Sequence record: MK509462 | Length of the DNA: 64,000 nt | DNA from: Shigella phage MK-13 | Reading direction: 5' to 3' (one strand) | Shown: one piece after another, positions 36,775 through 45,939 of the stretch | Position numbering within the stretch: the stretch's first letter is position 1 | Layout: the number at the start of each line of letters is the position of its first letter | The notes under the pieces: model-generated | Seen by the model: only the letters and a program-made list of their open reading frames with translations | The model's database searches: none | What the model was told of the DNA's origin: nothing | Position numbers and translations under genes: made by a program

Positions 36775-38337
36775 TTACTTGTACAGGCCAGTGACGTCAA
36801 TAGACTTGTGCTGGCGGTTGTACTCAGCAGTGTAGTCATCCAACACCAGGTATTCGCAGCAGCGGATTTTACTGGAGCCATAATCGTTGGTGATAGACAC
36901 GATATCTTTCGGGTTCAGCTTACAGCGAACAACGCGCTGGCCAACAGAACCGAAACACTGTTTCAGGTAGGCCAGGGAGCACACATGCAGACCGTATGAA
37001 CACAGGTCGGAGTTGTTGTCGTTCACGAATGAGCGAGCCATGCGCACGATAGTGCCTGGTGCGTTGCTGATCGTGTTGCTGTGTTTGTCCATGTAGTTGC
37101 CGCGCACCGATTTGTAGAGGATGATGTCACCATCGTCGTCAATTTCGATGTCGGAGTACGCCATGAACTCATAGATGCGCCCAGACTGAACCAGAGCAGC
37201 CGACGGGTTCTGGAACATTTTGTCCATAAACTTCGCCATGCGGTCCAGGTTGTGGAAGTCACCCTTCAGCATCAGCGCCAGTACACGCTTGGCGATGGAT
37301 GTGCCTGTGATGTCATGGCCAGACCAGCGGACACGGTTGTCAGACACGTCTACCAGACCTTCAGCGTACTTCGCGATGGCATCACGAGGGCGCATCAGCG
37401 AGTATGCCAGCTTCACGTCTTTGTCTTTGATCGCCTGTACGATGCGGTCATATGCTGGATGTGAAGTGGTGATCGTTTCCGGCTTGCCGTCAATTGCGAT
37501 AACAACGCTGTCAGGCAGAATCAGGATCTGGTGTTCGTTCAGGAACACGTCCAGGTCTTTCGCGCCGAAGTCCTGCTTGGTCTTCTTGTCATCAGCCACT
37601 TCTTCAACTTCTTTGATAGCGACAGCGAATTCCACAGAAGACAGAGCCAGGCGCAGGGTGCGGCCGAGGATGGCATCGAAGTAACCAACACGACGACGGG
37701 CATCCAAGGATCCACGAATAGGATAGGTTTCCCCGTCAACCACAACGCTGATTTCAACGTTGCTCGGAACTTTATCCGCACCTTCTGACAGCGCCACAGA
37801 AATTTCTGCCATCTTACCGATAGCTTCAACGCCGAAAGCGCGGCTGTTTCCTTCAACAGGAGTCAGTTCGGATTTTTCAAAGAAAGCCCCTTTGAAATTG
37901 CCGTCGTTAGTGAGACACAGATACTTGTTGTGGTTCGGTAGATATGCCCCAACATACCATTCTGAGTCATCTTTGTCTTTGGCCGTGCCGCCCGGTTGCA
38001 CCTCGAACACTTCCTGCTCTTCCTGCTTGATAGGAGAGATCACAGTTACCTTGTTTTCCTCCTCAGTAATCCGGACCAGCAGAGCGCGAGCAATGGTCTT
38101 GGCGCTTACAGCAAAGAACTCAGCCAGGGCGCGGTTGCTTTCGCCAGCCTTGCTCTTCACCTGAATCTGCTGAATCTCTTCAGTGGTCAGAGATTTCAGC
38201 GATAACGGGTTAACACCGAGTTCCGTGTCTGCAACACGTTGTACAGTCGAGCGGGGTATGCCCAACAGAGTGGCAATTGCGCTCTGGCTCATGCCTGCCT
38301 TCAAATGCTTGAGGATCTTTTCGTCAATCTTGTTCAT
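36775..38337 (-). CDS. Protein with tandem N-terminal helix-turn-helix motifs, in the rIIB position downstream of rIIA
   Basis: ORF 36775..38424; start moved to the internal Met to avoid overlap with rIIA; two HTH-like segments (MSQSAIATLLGIPRSTVQRV; SNRALAEFFAVSAKTIARAL); rIIB identity not established. Confidence 0.4.
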   Translation of the reverse strand: MNKIDEKILKHLKAGMSQSAIATLLGIPRSTVQRVADTELGVNPLSLKSLTTEEIQQIQVKSKAGESNRALAEFFAVSAKTIARALLVRITEEENKVTVISPIKQEEQEVFEVQPGGTAKDKDDSEWYVGAYLPNHNKYLCLTNDGNFKGAFFEKSELTPVEGNSRAFGVEAIGKMAEISVALSEGADKVPSNVEISVVVDGETYPIRGSLDARRRVGYFDAILGRTLRLALSSVEFAVAIKEVEEVADDKKTKQDFGAKDLDVFLNEHQILILPDSVVIAIDGKPETITTSHPAYDRIVQAIKDKDVKLAYSLMRPRDAIAKYAEGLVDVSDNRVRWSGHDITGTSIAKRVLALMLKGDFHNLDRMAKFMDKMFQNPSAALVQSGRIYEFMAYSDIEIDDDGDIILYKSVRGNYMDKHSNTISNAPGTIVRMARSFVNDNNSDLCSYGLHVCSLAYLKQCFGSVGQRVVRCKLNPKDIVSITNDYGSSKIRCCEYLVLDDYTAEYNRQHKSIDVTGLYK

Positions 38338-38368
38338 CTTGTAGTTCCCACGTTGGTTAACAGGACTA

Positions 38369-41125
38369 TTATGCCCTGATGATGGAATTTGAAATAACGT
38401 CCAAGTAATCCGAAGAATTTTCAATCGGGTTCAGAGCGCTTGGTTTGTAGTTCTCTTTCAAGAACCGGATAACACGGTGGCGCTCGATGGTCAATCGGTT
38501 TTCCCGCCTTGCTTTCAATGACGGAGTCCTCGATATATCAAACGGCGTAAATCCATGAGACCGCAACACATCCGAAGCGTAGCCAAAGATCTGTAGCATC
38601 TGATGTTCTGAACGGAAGATCTTTTCGTCACGCTCGTTGGCGTACAAATTCACGTTAAGAGAATGTATTGTGTCCTGGAAATGGCTAAAGCGGCGCTTGT
38701 CATTGATTGAAACCGGGGCTTTCGCCAGGCTTTGGTAATGACGTACAGTCTGCTCATCCAAGATATCGTCCACGACTTTCATTAACTTGTTGTAACGGCT
38801 GACCAATTTGCCATAACGATCGTCTTCAACATCACCAAACGCCTGGTGAACCAGACGGCTCCCGTATTTTAAACGATCCGCCCCAAGGCGCATGCGGCGG
38901 TATGATTCCAGTATGCGCCTGGCGCTATCGCGCTCCAACATAGGCTTCACGTTTTCCAACATGATCTTCAGGATTTCATCGATCGGGATGAAGACTTCTG
39001 GGAACTTCTTCATCATTGGCACGGATTTACGGCGAGCCAGGAAGATCCTTCTGTGAACGTTCAGTATGTCGCTGATATACACTGGCTTGCCTTCATCGTC
39101 AACACTGACTGCGTGCTCGTACAGAGATTTACGAATACCCCGAGCCGCCGCCGTCGTCAACGTTCTGTCCATCACCTGATGGATACACTCATGGCCGGAC
39201 ACCTCAATGTAGACGATGCGCTCGCCCTTGTTGATAATATCTGAGATCTGGTCGCCCGTCAGTTCTTCTTGCAGGCAGATATCGAAGTTGCTGGATGTGA
39301 ACGGAAACAGGCCAGGGTCTTTGGTGACCGGAGGCGTGACATACGTCAGTTCGTTCATGAACTTGACTTCAGCAGGCTCCAGCACCGCACTCAGCCAATC
39401 GACGAACTTGTCAGCGAAGCACAGATAATCAACCGTCGTTTCTTCTTTACCAATCCAAGTTTCAAAGAAATCATAGAGAGCCTGAGAATTATTGAACGCA
39501 GGGTTGTCCTTAGATTGGTTGCGCTTGGTGACATAGGATGTGTTCGGCTTGGCCACGATGACCATCGTTCCTGTATCTTTCAGCTGCTTGATCTTCAGAT
39601 TACGTGCACGAACACTATCTTCGATCACCACAGTAACGTGCTGTCCACGATCAATCCACTTCTGGATTTCTGAAATGGTCAGGGTACTGGACTCACCCCA
39701 GTCATAGAAGATCTCCATAGAGAACGGCGATGACAGCTCATTGAACGGCGCGGTATGGCCATAATCGCGATCAATCTCAACAGGCAGCGGGTAACGGTAA
39801 TATGAATCATGGAAGCGCTTGTCCGCCGGGTATTCCTTTTCAACCATCTTACGGAACCCGCTACCGAACATTTCGCTCAGTCTTGCCTTCTCCATATACA
39901 GGGCAAGAGGACCACGCTTACACGCCAACTCCAGGTCGCGCATCTTTTCTGCCAAGATTGCATTGGCGGTGCCCTTAAACTCCTCAGAGAGCGTCTCACG
40001 CGTGAATTCGTCATACGACAGGTCTTCACGCGACGGCGGTACGTTCAGGGAACCGAGTTCGAAGAACGTATAGGACGACGGGAACTTGCTCATGATGGAA
40101 GCAGTGTCCGGGTCCAGCTGGTCCAGGTCAATCGGGTACGACACACCACCCATCACAGCATAATGGGTGTTCCCCTGGCCTTTCGGCTGGATGTACGTAT
40201 TGTTGACCTTGAAATCATAACTGATATCTTCCCAGCTGAAGCGGTATGAAGCGTTCTCAACAATTGGGCGTTGTTCAGGGCGCATAACACGACCAAGACG
40301 GACCAGTTCATCGGAGAATGCAGAGAAACGAGCGTTCTTCACCGGGATCTTCACCGTCATACCGTTGAACTCATCAGTGTCTTCCGGCTTTGGATCACGG
40401 GTTTCAAGATCTTTGGTGATCAGATCAACAGTCGGGATGCGCTTGGCGTTCAGGTACATCAGGAAGCGATGGAGTTTACCGTTCATGCGGCTTTCCACAG
40501 TGAACGAATCCGATACCGCAAATGGTGATTTGGAGCCAAGACCGAATGCCCCAATCTGATCATCATCTTCTTCCTTCGTACTGTGGAAGAGGGTGGTGTA
40601 CAATCCAGGCGTACGAATGATCTCGCCGTCTTCACGACGGAACACCAAAGACCCATTGTAGAACCCTGGAATACCGATGACTTCGGCCGAATCGGGGATC
40701 TCGTCTTCCTTCACGACCATGTTGCCTTCCAGCAGCACCTCATCTTCCTGCGCTGGGATGGCTTCACCGATGATCTTCTCAAGCGGCAGACCGATACCGT
40801 AATCACGGATTTCCAGCCATGGCTCAAAGTCATCAGGCAAATGCACAACAACTCGTGTGCCCTTCGGTGCCAGGTATTTGCTGTGGCGGGCAGGAGGGGG
40901 AGTGAGAGGCGCGTAGTGGGATGCTACCATGCGGTGCATACGATCACGCATGCCATGGGAGTCGATGGCGTTACAGGTGGTTTCACGCAGGGCTGCAGCC
41001 TCTTTGTAACGATACAATGATGAGAACAGAGTCTCAAACATCTTGTCGTTCATTTTGACGTTAAACGCCTGCCCCTGAATGGAAGACGACGAGCGGATGA
41101 AGTGCTCGGACTTGCGCATTTTCAT
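38369..41125 (-). CDS. rIIA: rIIA-like protein with N-terminal GHKL (HATPase_c) ATPase domain
   Basis: 918 aa; N-box ETTCNAIDS, G1 box DYGIGLP, G2 box GAFGLGSKS; within 6 kb of the topoisomerase genes, as in the T4 rII-60-39 region. Confidence 0.55.
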   Translation of the reverse strand: MKMRKSEHFIRSSSSIQGQAFNVKMNDKMFETLFSSLYRYKEAAALRETTCNAIDSHGMRDRMHRMVASHYAPLTPPPARHSKYLAPKGTRVVVHLPDDFEPWLEIRDYGIGLPLEKIIGEAIPAQEDEVLLEGNMVVKEDEIPDSAEVIGIPGFYNGSLVFRREDGEIIRTPGLYTTLFHSTKEEDDDQIGAFGLGSKSPFAVSDSFTVESRMNGKLHRFLMYLNAKRIPTVDLITKDLETRDPKPEDTDEFNGMTVKIPVKNARFSAFSDELVRLGRVMRPEQRPIVENASYRFSWEDISYDFKVNNTYIQPKGQGNTHYAVMGGVSYPIDLDQLDPDTASIMSKFPSSYTFFELGSLNVPPSREDLSYDEFTRETLSEEFKGTANAILAEKMRDLELACKRGPLALYMEKARLSEMFGSGFRKMVEKEYPADKRFHDSYYRYPLPVEIDRDYGHTAPFNELSSPFSMEIFYDWGESSTLTISEIQKWIDRGQHVTVVIEDSVRARNLKIKQLKDTGTMVIVAKPNTSYVTKRNQSKDNPAFNNSQALYDFFETWIGKEETTVDYLCFADKFVDWLSAVLEPAEVKFMNELTYVTPPVTKDPGLFPFTSSNFDICLQEELTGDQISDIINKGERIVYIEVSGHECIHQVMDRTLTTAAARGIRKSLYEHAVSVDDEGKPVYISDILNVHRRIFLARRKSVPMMKKFPEVFIPIDEILKIMLENVKPMLERDSARRILESYRRMRLGADRLKYGSRLVHQAFGDVEDDRYGKLVSRYNKLMKVVDDILDEQTVRHYQSLAKAPVSINDKRRFSHFQDTIHSLNVNLYANERDEKIFRSEHQMLQIFGYASDVLRSHGFTPFDISRTPSLKARRENRLTIERHRVIRFLKENYKPSALNPIENSSDYLDVISNSIIRA

Positions 41126-41204
41126 AGTATAGAAATCCTATCAATGTCAAAGGGAAACATATTGATTGAGTGGGTATGATACTGTGGTGGGCTTCAATTG
41201 AAAA

Positions 41205-41222
41205 AGCCCTCGGCTGAGGGCT
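41205..41222 (-). terminator. Hairpin gccctc-ggct-gagggc with flanking T/A runs
   Basis: 6-bp GC stem; TTTTTC on the minus strand downstream of gene 41232..41579. Confidence 0.45.
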
Positions 41223-41231
41223 TTGTTCAGA

Positions 41232-41579
41232 TCAATCTTCGGTGGCAAATCGTGCCTGGAAGTTGAATGTCGGTCGGGTTGCCCCAGGCTCAAGGGTTTC
41301 CTCAAGATAGCCCACGACGGTGCGGGTGACTGACACAGGCTCTTTGCGAGGGTTGACCGGAGTGGCCAGTGCGATGATAGAGGACTGCTGCTCTTCTACA
41401 CGCGTGTAGTCCACATTGAAGTGATAACGGCTACCGAACGCGGCCACTTCAACTTCAGTGATCTGTAGATCTTTCAGGTCAGTGCTGCTCAGGGTTCCCA
41501 CGTTCAACTGTGAGCGCAGATGCTCAACAATGTTGGAGTACACATACTGTGGGGTGATCAGCTGTTCAATAGAACTCAT
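41232..41579 (-). CDS. Hypothetical protein
   Basis: 115 aa ORF. Confidence 0.4.
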   Translation of the reverse strand: MSSIEQLITPQYVYSNIVEHLRSQLNVGTLSSTDLKDLQITEVEVAAFGSRYHFNVDYTRVEEQQSSIIALATPVNPRKEPVSVTRTVVGYLEETLEPGATRPTFNFQARFATED

Positions 41580-41931
41580 AACATATCCTCTACTTTTTGG
41601 GTTCGGTTTTACTTAATCGAGCGACCTCTGCTCGAAGGAAGATGATCTCGTCGGCCATCATCTTACCTTCTTCAAACATCACCCATGATCTGGCTAACTT
41701 GGGATTGCCAACGGACAAATCCTTCAGGCGCTCCTCACTTACGTTTGCGCTTGTTCTTTCCATTGGTCTTCGCCTTCTTCTTGCGGGTTACAGATGGACG
41801 GCCATGTCCCGGTTCGCCGGGTGTGCCACCCTGAGTGTAACGACGCCCCCACATGTCATCACCACGATGCGCGGCGACGATTTCCATTTCTGACAGCGCT
41901 AGCATAGCAGCAACAGCCGCAGATGATTTCT

Positions 41932-42384
41932 TCATTTCGTTTCCCCCTTGGCAGCATAGGACAGCGCCTGAACAATCATCACAGCCAGGCCAATAGAAGC
42001 CTCCAGCCCTTCGCGAACGCTCTGCTCGATTTCATAATCAGACTGAACTTCAGGGCAGTTCTTTTCCTGGCGTCGGCGTTCTGCGTTGATCATATCACGC
42101 AGGAGCAGGTCGGTGAAGGAGTACTCATCAAAGTTCTCCAGATAATTCTGAATCCCCGTGGATACAGGGGCTGGCTCCGGCTCCGGTTCCTGTACCCCAG
42201 GATCTTTCAGGGCAGCAACAGTGGCATCAATATCCCACAGAGGGTTCAGCAGTAACAGAAGATTGACTGTGTTGCCTGACTCCGAAGTCGGGTTATTCCC
42301 CAGCACCTTGTACAGATTCTTCAGCGTCTTGTCAAAGGTCAGAACCACCTGAACGAGTTCTTCATAAGTTGGTTTGGTAGTCAT
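41932..42384 (-). CDS. Hypothetical protein
   Basis: 150 aa ORF. Confidence 0.4.
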   Translation of the reverse strand: MTTKPTYEELVQVVLTFDKTLKNLYKVLGNNPTSESGNTVNLLLLLNPLWDIDATVAALKDPGVQEPEPEPAPVSTGIQNYLENFDEYSFTDLLLRDMINAERRRQEKNCPEVQSDYEIEQSVREGLEASIGLAVMIVQALSYAAKGETK

Positions 42385-42761
42385 TTGCGTTTGCTCCGGC
42401 GTTTATTCTTCATTTTAGCGGCCTGACGTTTGTGAGCAGCGGCTCCACGCAGGCGTGTGGGTTCTTGATAGCGGCGGTCGGCGTAAAATTCACGCATGCT
42501 GGCCTCGGCTGGTAATTCTCTTTCATCCAGTCGTTTCAGCTTGGCGATCAATTCCTTGGTGTCTGGCATCTGTTGTAGCTCGTCACAGATGATCATACGC
42601 TCACCAGGCTCACTCCGACGCTTCGGAATATCGTCGGGAGTGATGTGTACAACCTCAACTCCTGGTAGCTTCTCTTCCAGTAGAACTTTGATCAACCGAG
42701 AGCCCAGTCCGGCTCCAATAATCGCAATCTTTCTTGGCTTGTCTGTCATGTTCCTGTCCAC
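42381..42761 (-). CDS. Hypothetical protein with Gly-rich dinucleotide-binding-like N-terminus and basic C-terminus
   Basis: KIAIIGAGLGSRL (GxGxxG-like) and a lysine/arginine-rich tail. Confidence 0.4.
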   Translation of the reverse strand: MDRNMTDKPRKIAIIGAGLGSRLIKVLLEEKLPGVEVVHITPDDIPKRRSEPGERMIICDELQQMPDTKELIAKLKRLDERELPAEASMREFYADRRYQEPTRLRGAAAHKRQAAKMKNKRRSKRK

Positions 42762-42762
42762 G

Positions 42763-42800
42763 AAAAAGGGGATAGAGCAATAATACCCTATCCCCTTTTA
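42763..42800 (-). terminator. Bidirectional terminator-like hairpin (ggggatag...ctatcccc) flanked by A-run and T-run
   Basis: 8-bp stem; AAAAA upstream and TTTTATTGAAGAA downstream on the plus strand. Confidence 0.5.
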
Positions 42801-42811
42801 TTGAAGAACGA

Positions 42812-43243
42812 TTAGTCTTCAGATTCTACAACCCCACCGCGCAAATCCTGAACAGGCTTTCCGTCAGGTGCCATAATATAGATGGTGTTGATAGTCTCAA
42901 ACCAAGACAGCTGGTCGATCCCTTCAGTATACGGCGTTACTGGAACAGAAGTCTTGACCTCTTTGCCTTTCGTGTTCGGATGTTCAACCACATCCAAGAA
43001 CGCACAGTTCCCGCTCGGGTGGATCACACCATCAGTAAACAGCACGATCTTCTTGCGAGGGTTGCTGGCCTCACCCAGGCACACCACCAGATGATGAATC
43101 ATCTCGGGGCGGGTAATCAACGTGTCGTCACGGATGATACCTTGCTTGATAGCAGAGATCACCACTTCGTCTAACAGCGCCTGCTGCTGGTCCAGCGTCA
43201 GTGATTCAGTAAGTTTCAGAGCCATTATTCGTACCCCAAACAT
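42812..43243 (-). CDS. Hypothetical protein
   Basis: 143 aa ORF. Confidence 0.4.
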   Translation of the reverse strand: MFGVRIMALKLTESLTLDQQQALLDEVVISAIKQGIIRDDTLITRPEMIHHLVVCLGEASNPRKKIVLFTDGVIHPSGNCAFLDVVEHPNTKGKEVKTSVPVTPYTEGIDQLSWFETINTIYIMAPDGKPVQDLRGGVVESED

Positions 43244-43357
43244 TTGTTTAAGAAAGTCAGAACGTCATCCATGTTCTTGACTTCAATTTCAATGCCAAGC
43301 TCCTTTGCCAGCGTGTTGGCGTGCTTGACGATTTCTTTATCACGTTCTGACATGATA

Positions 43358-43933
43358 TCAGCCTTTGAAGTTGATCGGTTTCTGAACCCCAGCGTCGAAC
43401 GCGGCCTGGGTACGGGTATCGCTCACCACCTGACAGGTCTTGTCAAGATCGATGCGCGGGTAGCCAAACATGCCAGCGATCAACGAACCAGGGAACTGAG
43501 CCAGCTTGGTTTCGTACATTGCGCAGATATCCAGCTTCTTGGTCTGACTGATGCGGAATTCATCACGCCCAGAACTGATCACCACCTGGATCTCTTTGTA
43601 CAGGCTGGAATCGAACTGAATGTTCTGCTCCTGGATCCACTGCATAACAGCCTTGGAACCATCAGCGCCATAACGCCCTTCGAACGTGCCTTTGATCACT
43701 TCCTTCAGGCCGTCTTTGTACATGTCAGGAATCTGCGCCGTCTCCTGAACTTTGAGCGTGTAGTTGCTCAGGTAGTTCTCTGAGTCTTTGTTGAACTTCT
43801 TGACCTGTTGCTCAGTGCGGTTGAAGTCGTTGAAGTAGCTGATGACTGTGCCGATGCCGACAATCACCATGCCCAGCAAAGCCAAACCAACGATCCAACC
43901 TGTTGCAATACCCTTAGATTGAGACATTCTCAC
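43358..43933 (-). CDS. LemA-like membrane protein
   Basis: N-terminal TM helix then YFNDFNRTEQQVKKFNKDSENYLSNY...; overall resemblance to the LemA family; inference. Confidence 0.35.
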   Translation of the reverse strand: MRMSQSKGIATGWIVGLALLGMVIVGIGTVISYFNDFNRTEQQVKKFNKDSENYLSNYTLKVQETAQIPDMYKDGLKEVIKGTFEGRYGADGSKAVMQWIQEQNIQFDSSLYKEIQVVISSGRDEFRISQTKKLDICAMYETKLAQFPGSLIAGMFGYPRIDLDKTCQVVSDTRTQAAFDAGVQKPINFKG

Positions 43934-43945
43934 TTCCTCTTTTGA

Positions 43946-45061
43946 TTAAAAATTAAACGGATAACGACGACGGCCACCATTGTACTCCATTCGCTGCAAT
44001 ATGAAAATTGCGGTGAACGGCAAGCAGCCCAGCAGAACAACAACCACAACTTCCCAGGTCTTGAGTTCCCGCCACTTCAGGTACTCCATTTCCTTCATCT
44101 CAACGCGGTTGTAGCCTTTGGTGATGTTGGCGACAACGTCTGTCATGACGCCGATACCCATATCATGTCCAATCAGGTCCATACCGTTGCGGGAGTGAAG
44201 TTCACGGTTGTGCATACCATCAGCGAACGAAGTGCTCTTACCCCAATTGATCTTCAGGTCTTTGCTGATGTCGGTGACGACAATGACGTCGTTCTTTTTA
44301 CCGCCATCCCATGCATAGACCAAGCCCTGGAAATATTCAACTGGCTGACCGGATGTCACAACCCAGACGATGTTCACCTGCTTGGCCGCGCCCAGCTTCT
44401 TCAGAACATCATTCAGATAGTCGTTCCAGTATGTGGTTGGCAAAGCCAGGCCGGACACGTTCAGGACACGAGTGACACGATAGTAGTCATAGACCTCAGG
44501 GTACTTGGGAATCTTGTCTTTGAAGCGCTCAGCAAACTGCTGGTCTGAGCGGGAGAACAGAGAGTCCTTGTTGCCCAGCACATAGTTCATGTAGGAGTGC
44601 TCACGGGCGGCTGGCTCACCAATCTGAACCTGCGCCCAGCGCGGCGGCTGGCCAAGACCACGGCGATCAATGCGGTCAATCGTCAGATTACCAACAGTCG
44701 TCAGCACATCCCAGTCCACGTCATACGAATGCTCATAGCAGGTGCTGCAATGGCGAGTACGGGTACAGGACTTGCTGCTACCGGAACCGGAGCATGATGT
44801 GGTGTAGTAGCAGTTGCACTGATACGAGTGCTCGCAGCTCACCTTATTGCGCTCCTTGCCAGTGACGTATCCGTTCAGGATCTCAACGTCCCCTGAACTG
44901 CCGAGGGAGAACGCAGCATAAGCCCCGACCTGAATCAGACAGGACAGCACCACCACAATCGCCGTCGCAATCAGAGTCTCTTTCGGCTCATGGGTCTTGC
45001 GGTGGTAGACCACAAACAGGATGGCCAGTATCAATGGCACACCAAACAGGAGATAGATCAT
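43946..45061 (-). CDS. Cys-rich membrane protein (TM helices at both ends)
   Basis: 371 aa; N-terminal TM segments, Cys-rich block SCEHSYQCNCYYTTSCSGSGSSKSCTRTRHCSTCYEH, C-terminal TM helix. Confidence 0.45.
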   Translation of the reverse strand: MIYLLFGVPLILAILFVVYHRKTHEPKETLIATAIVVVLSCLIQVGAYAAFSLGSSGDVEILNGYVTGKERNKVSCEHSYQCNCYYTTSCSGSGSSKSCTRTRHCSTCYEHSYDVDWDVLTTVGNLTIDRIDRRGLGQPPRWAQVQIGEPAAREHSYMNYVLGNKDSLFSRSDQQFAERFKDKIPKYPEVYDYYRVTRVLNVSGLALPTTYWNDYLNDVLKKLGAAKQVNIVWVVTSGQPVEYFQGLVYAWDGGKKNDVIVVTDISKDLKINWGKSTSFADGMHNRELHSRNGMDLIGHDMGIGVMTDVVANITKGYNRVEMKEMEYLKWRELKTWEVVVVVLLGCLPFTAIFILQRMEYNGGRRRYPFNF

Positions 45062-45444
45062 AACTCACCATCCACGAGTTGTGCCTTGGTCATCCCAAGG
45101 AGTTGATCTTTGTACTCAGGCTTGGCACCGTTCTTTAACAACAGATCCCAACGCTCTTCATGGTACTGTGGGTCCAGCGCTTCATCAAATGTGATGTGAT
45201 GGCGGAACATAACAGTTGCCACTGAATGGACGCAGTGAGCGATTGCGCGCTTCAGAGTGCGTTCTGGCGTAATGTGCTTTTTATATTCAATGCCCATCAG
45301 ATCCAATTCTTTGAAAAGATAGGAGAATGACAGGGCGCCTTGTGAATGCAGCACGACGATAGTGGCTTTCTTAGGGTGGAGTGTACCATCCGTTTCTTTC
45401 ATGAACAGATCGTACAGGTACTGTTTGTATTCGGACTGTGTCAT
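45058..45444 (-). CDS. Hypothetical protein
   Basis: 128 aa; ATGA coupling with the upstream gene. Confidence 0.4.
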   Translation of the reverse strand: MTQSEYKQYLYDLFMKETDGTLHPKKATIVVLHSQGALSFSYLFKELDLMGIEYKKHITPERTLKRAIAHCVHSVATVMFRHHITFDEALDPQYHEERWDLLLKNGAKPEYKDQLLGMTKAQLVDGEL

Positions 45445-45653
45445 TTAGATTCACCCATGACGATAACGGAAGCGCCATTACGGAAGCGCCCATATTCAGG
45501 CGGAAGACCTTCGCGAACTTTCTGTGCGAACGCTTCAGAAACCACCAGACGGCCAACCAGAGGGTCTTTTTGTTTCGGAGTGGACTCAAAGTAATCACCA
45601 AAAGTCGCTTCCATATCCAGTAGGGACATATCTTCAATTCGTTTCATTGCCAT
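45441..45653 (-). CDS. Hypothetical small protein
   Basis: 70 aa ORF. Confidence 0.35.
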   Translation of the reverse strand: MAMKRIEDMSLLDMEATFGDYFESTPKQKDPLVGRLVVSEAFAQKVREGLPPEYGRFRNGASVIVMGESK

Positions 45654-45677
45654 GATGTATTTCCTTGCAAAAAGAAA

Positions 45678-45712
45678 GGGGAACGGGCTAATATTAACCC
45701 ATTCCCCTTTAT
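45678..45712 (-). terminator. Hairpin (ggggaacggg...cccattcccc) with T-runs
   Basis: Long GC-rich stem; TTTCTTTTT follows on the minus strand. Confidence 0.45.
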
Positions 45713-45736
45713 TGAAGAACGCAATCGCAATCAGAT

Positions 45737-45903
45737 TACTTTTTCTTCAGCTCGTCCAGTTTGGCTTCGATTTGTTCCAGGATGTCTTTACCCTTCTGAA
45801 CAATCACTTCACCGTCTTGCGCGTGTTTGCGGAATACCAGAGCGCCAGCTACGAAGCCGACAACCACACCAGGAAGCGCATAAACCAGCAGATCTTGTAA
45901 CAT
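45737..45903 (-). CDS. Small membrane protein (about 55 aa)
   Basis: Hand translation MLQDLLVYALPGVVVGFVAGALVFRKHAQDGEVIVQKGKDILEQIEAKLDELKKK; below the track size cutoff. Confidence 0.3.
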
Positions 45904-45939
45904 GATAATATCCTCACTTTATAGGTGAGGATATTTATA

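Noticed and set aside
36775-38337. Transposase or homing endonuclease call for the HTH-containing protein
   Set aside because: HTH motifs alone are not diagnostic; no DDE, HNH or GIY-YIG catalytic motifs or terminal inverted repeats seen
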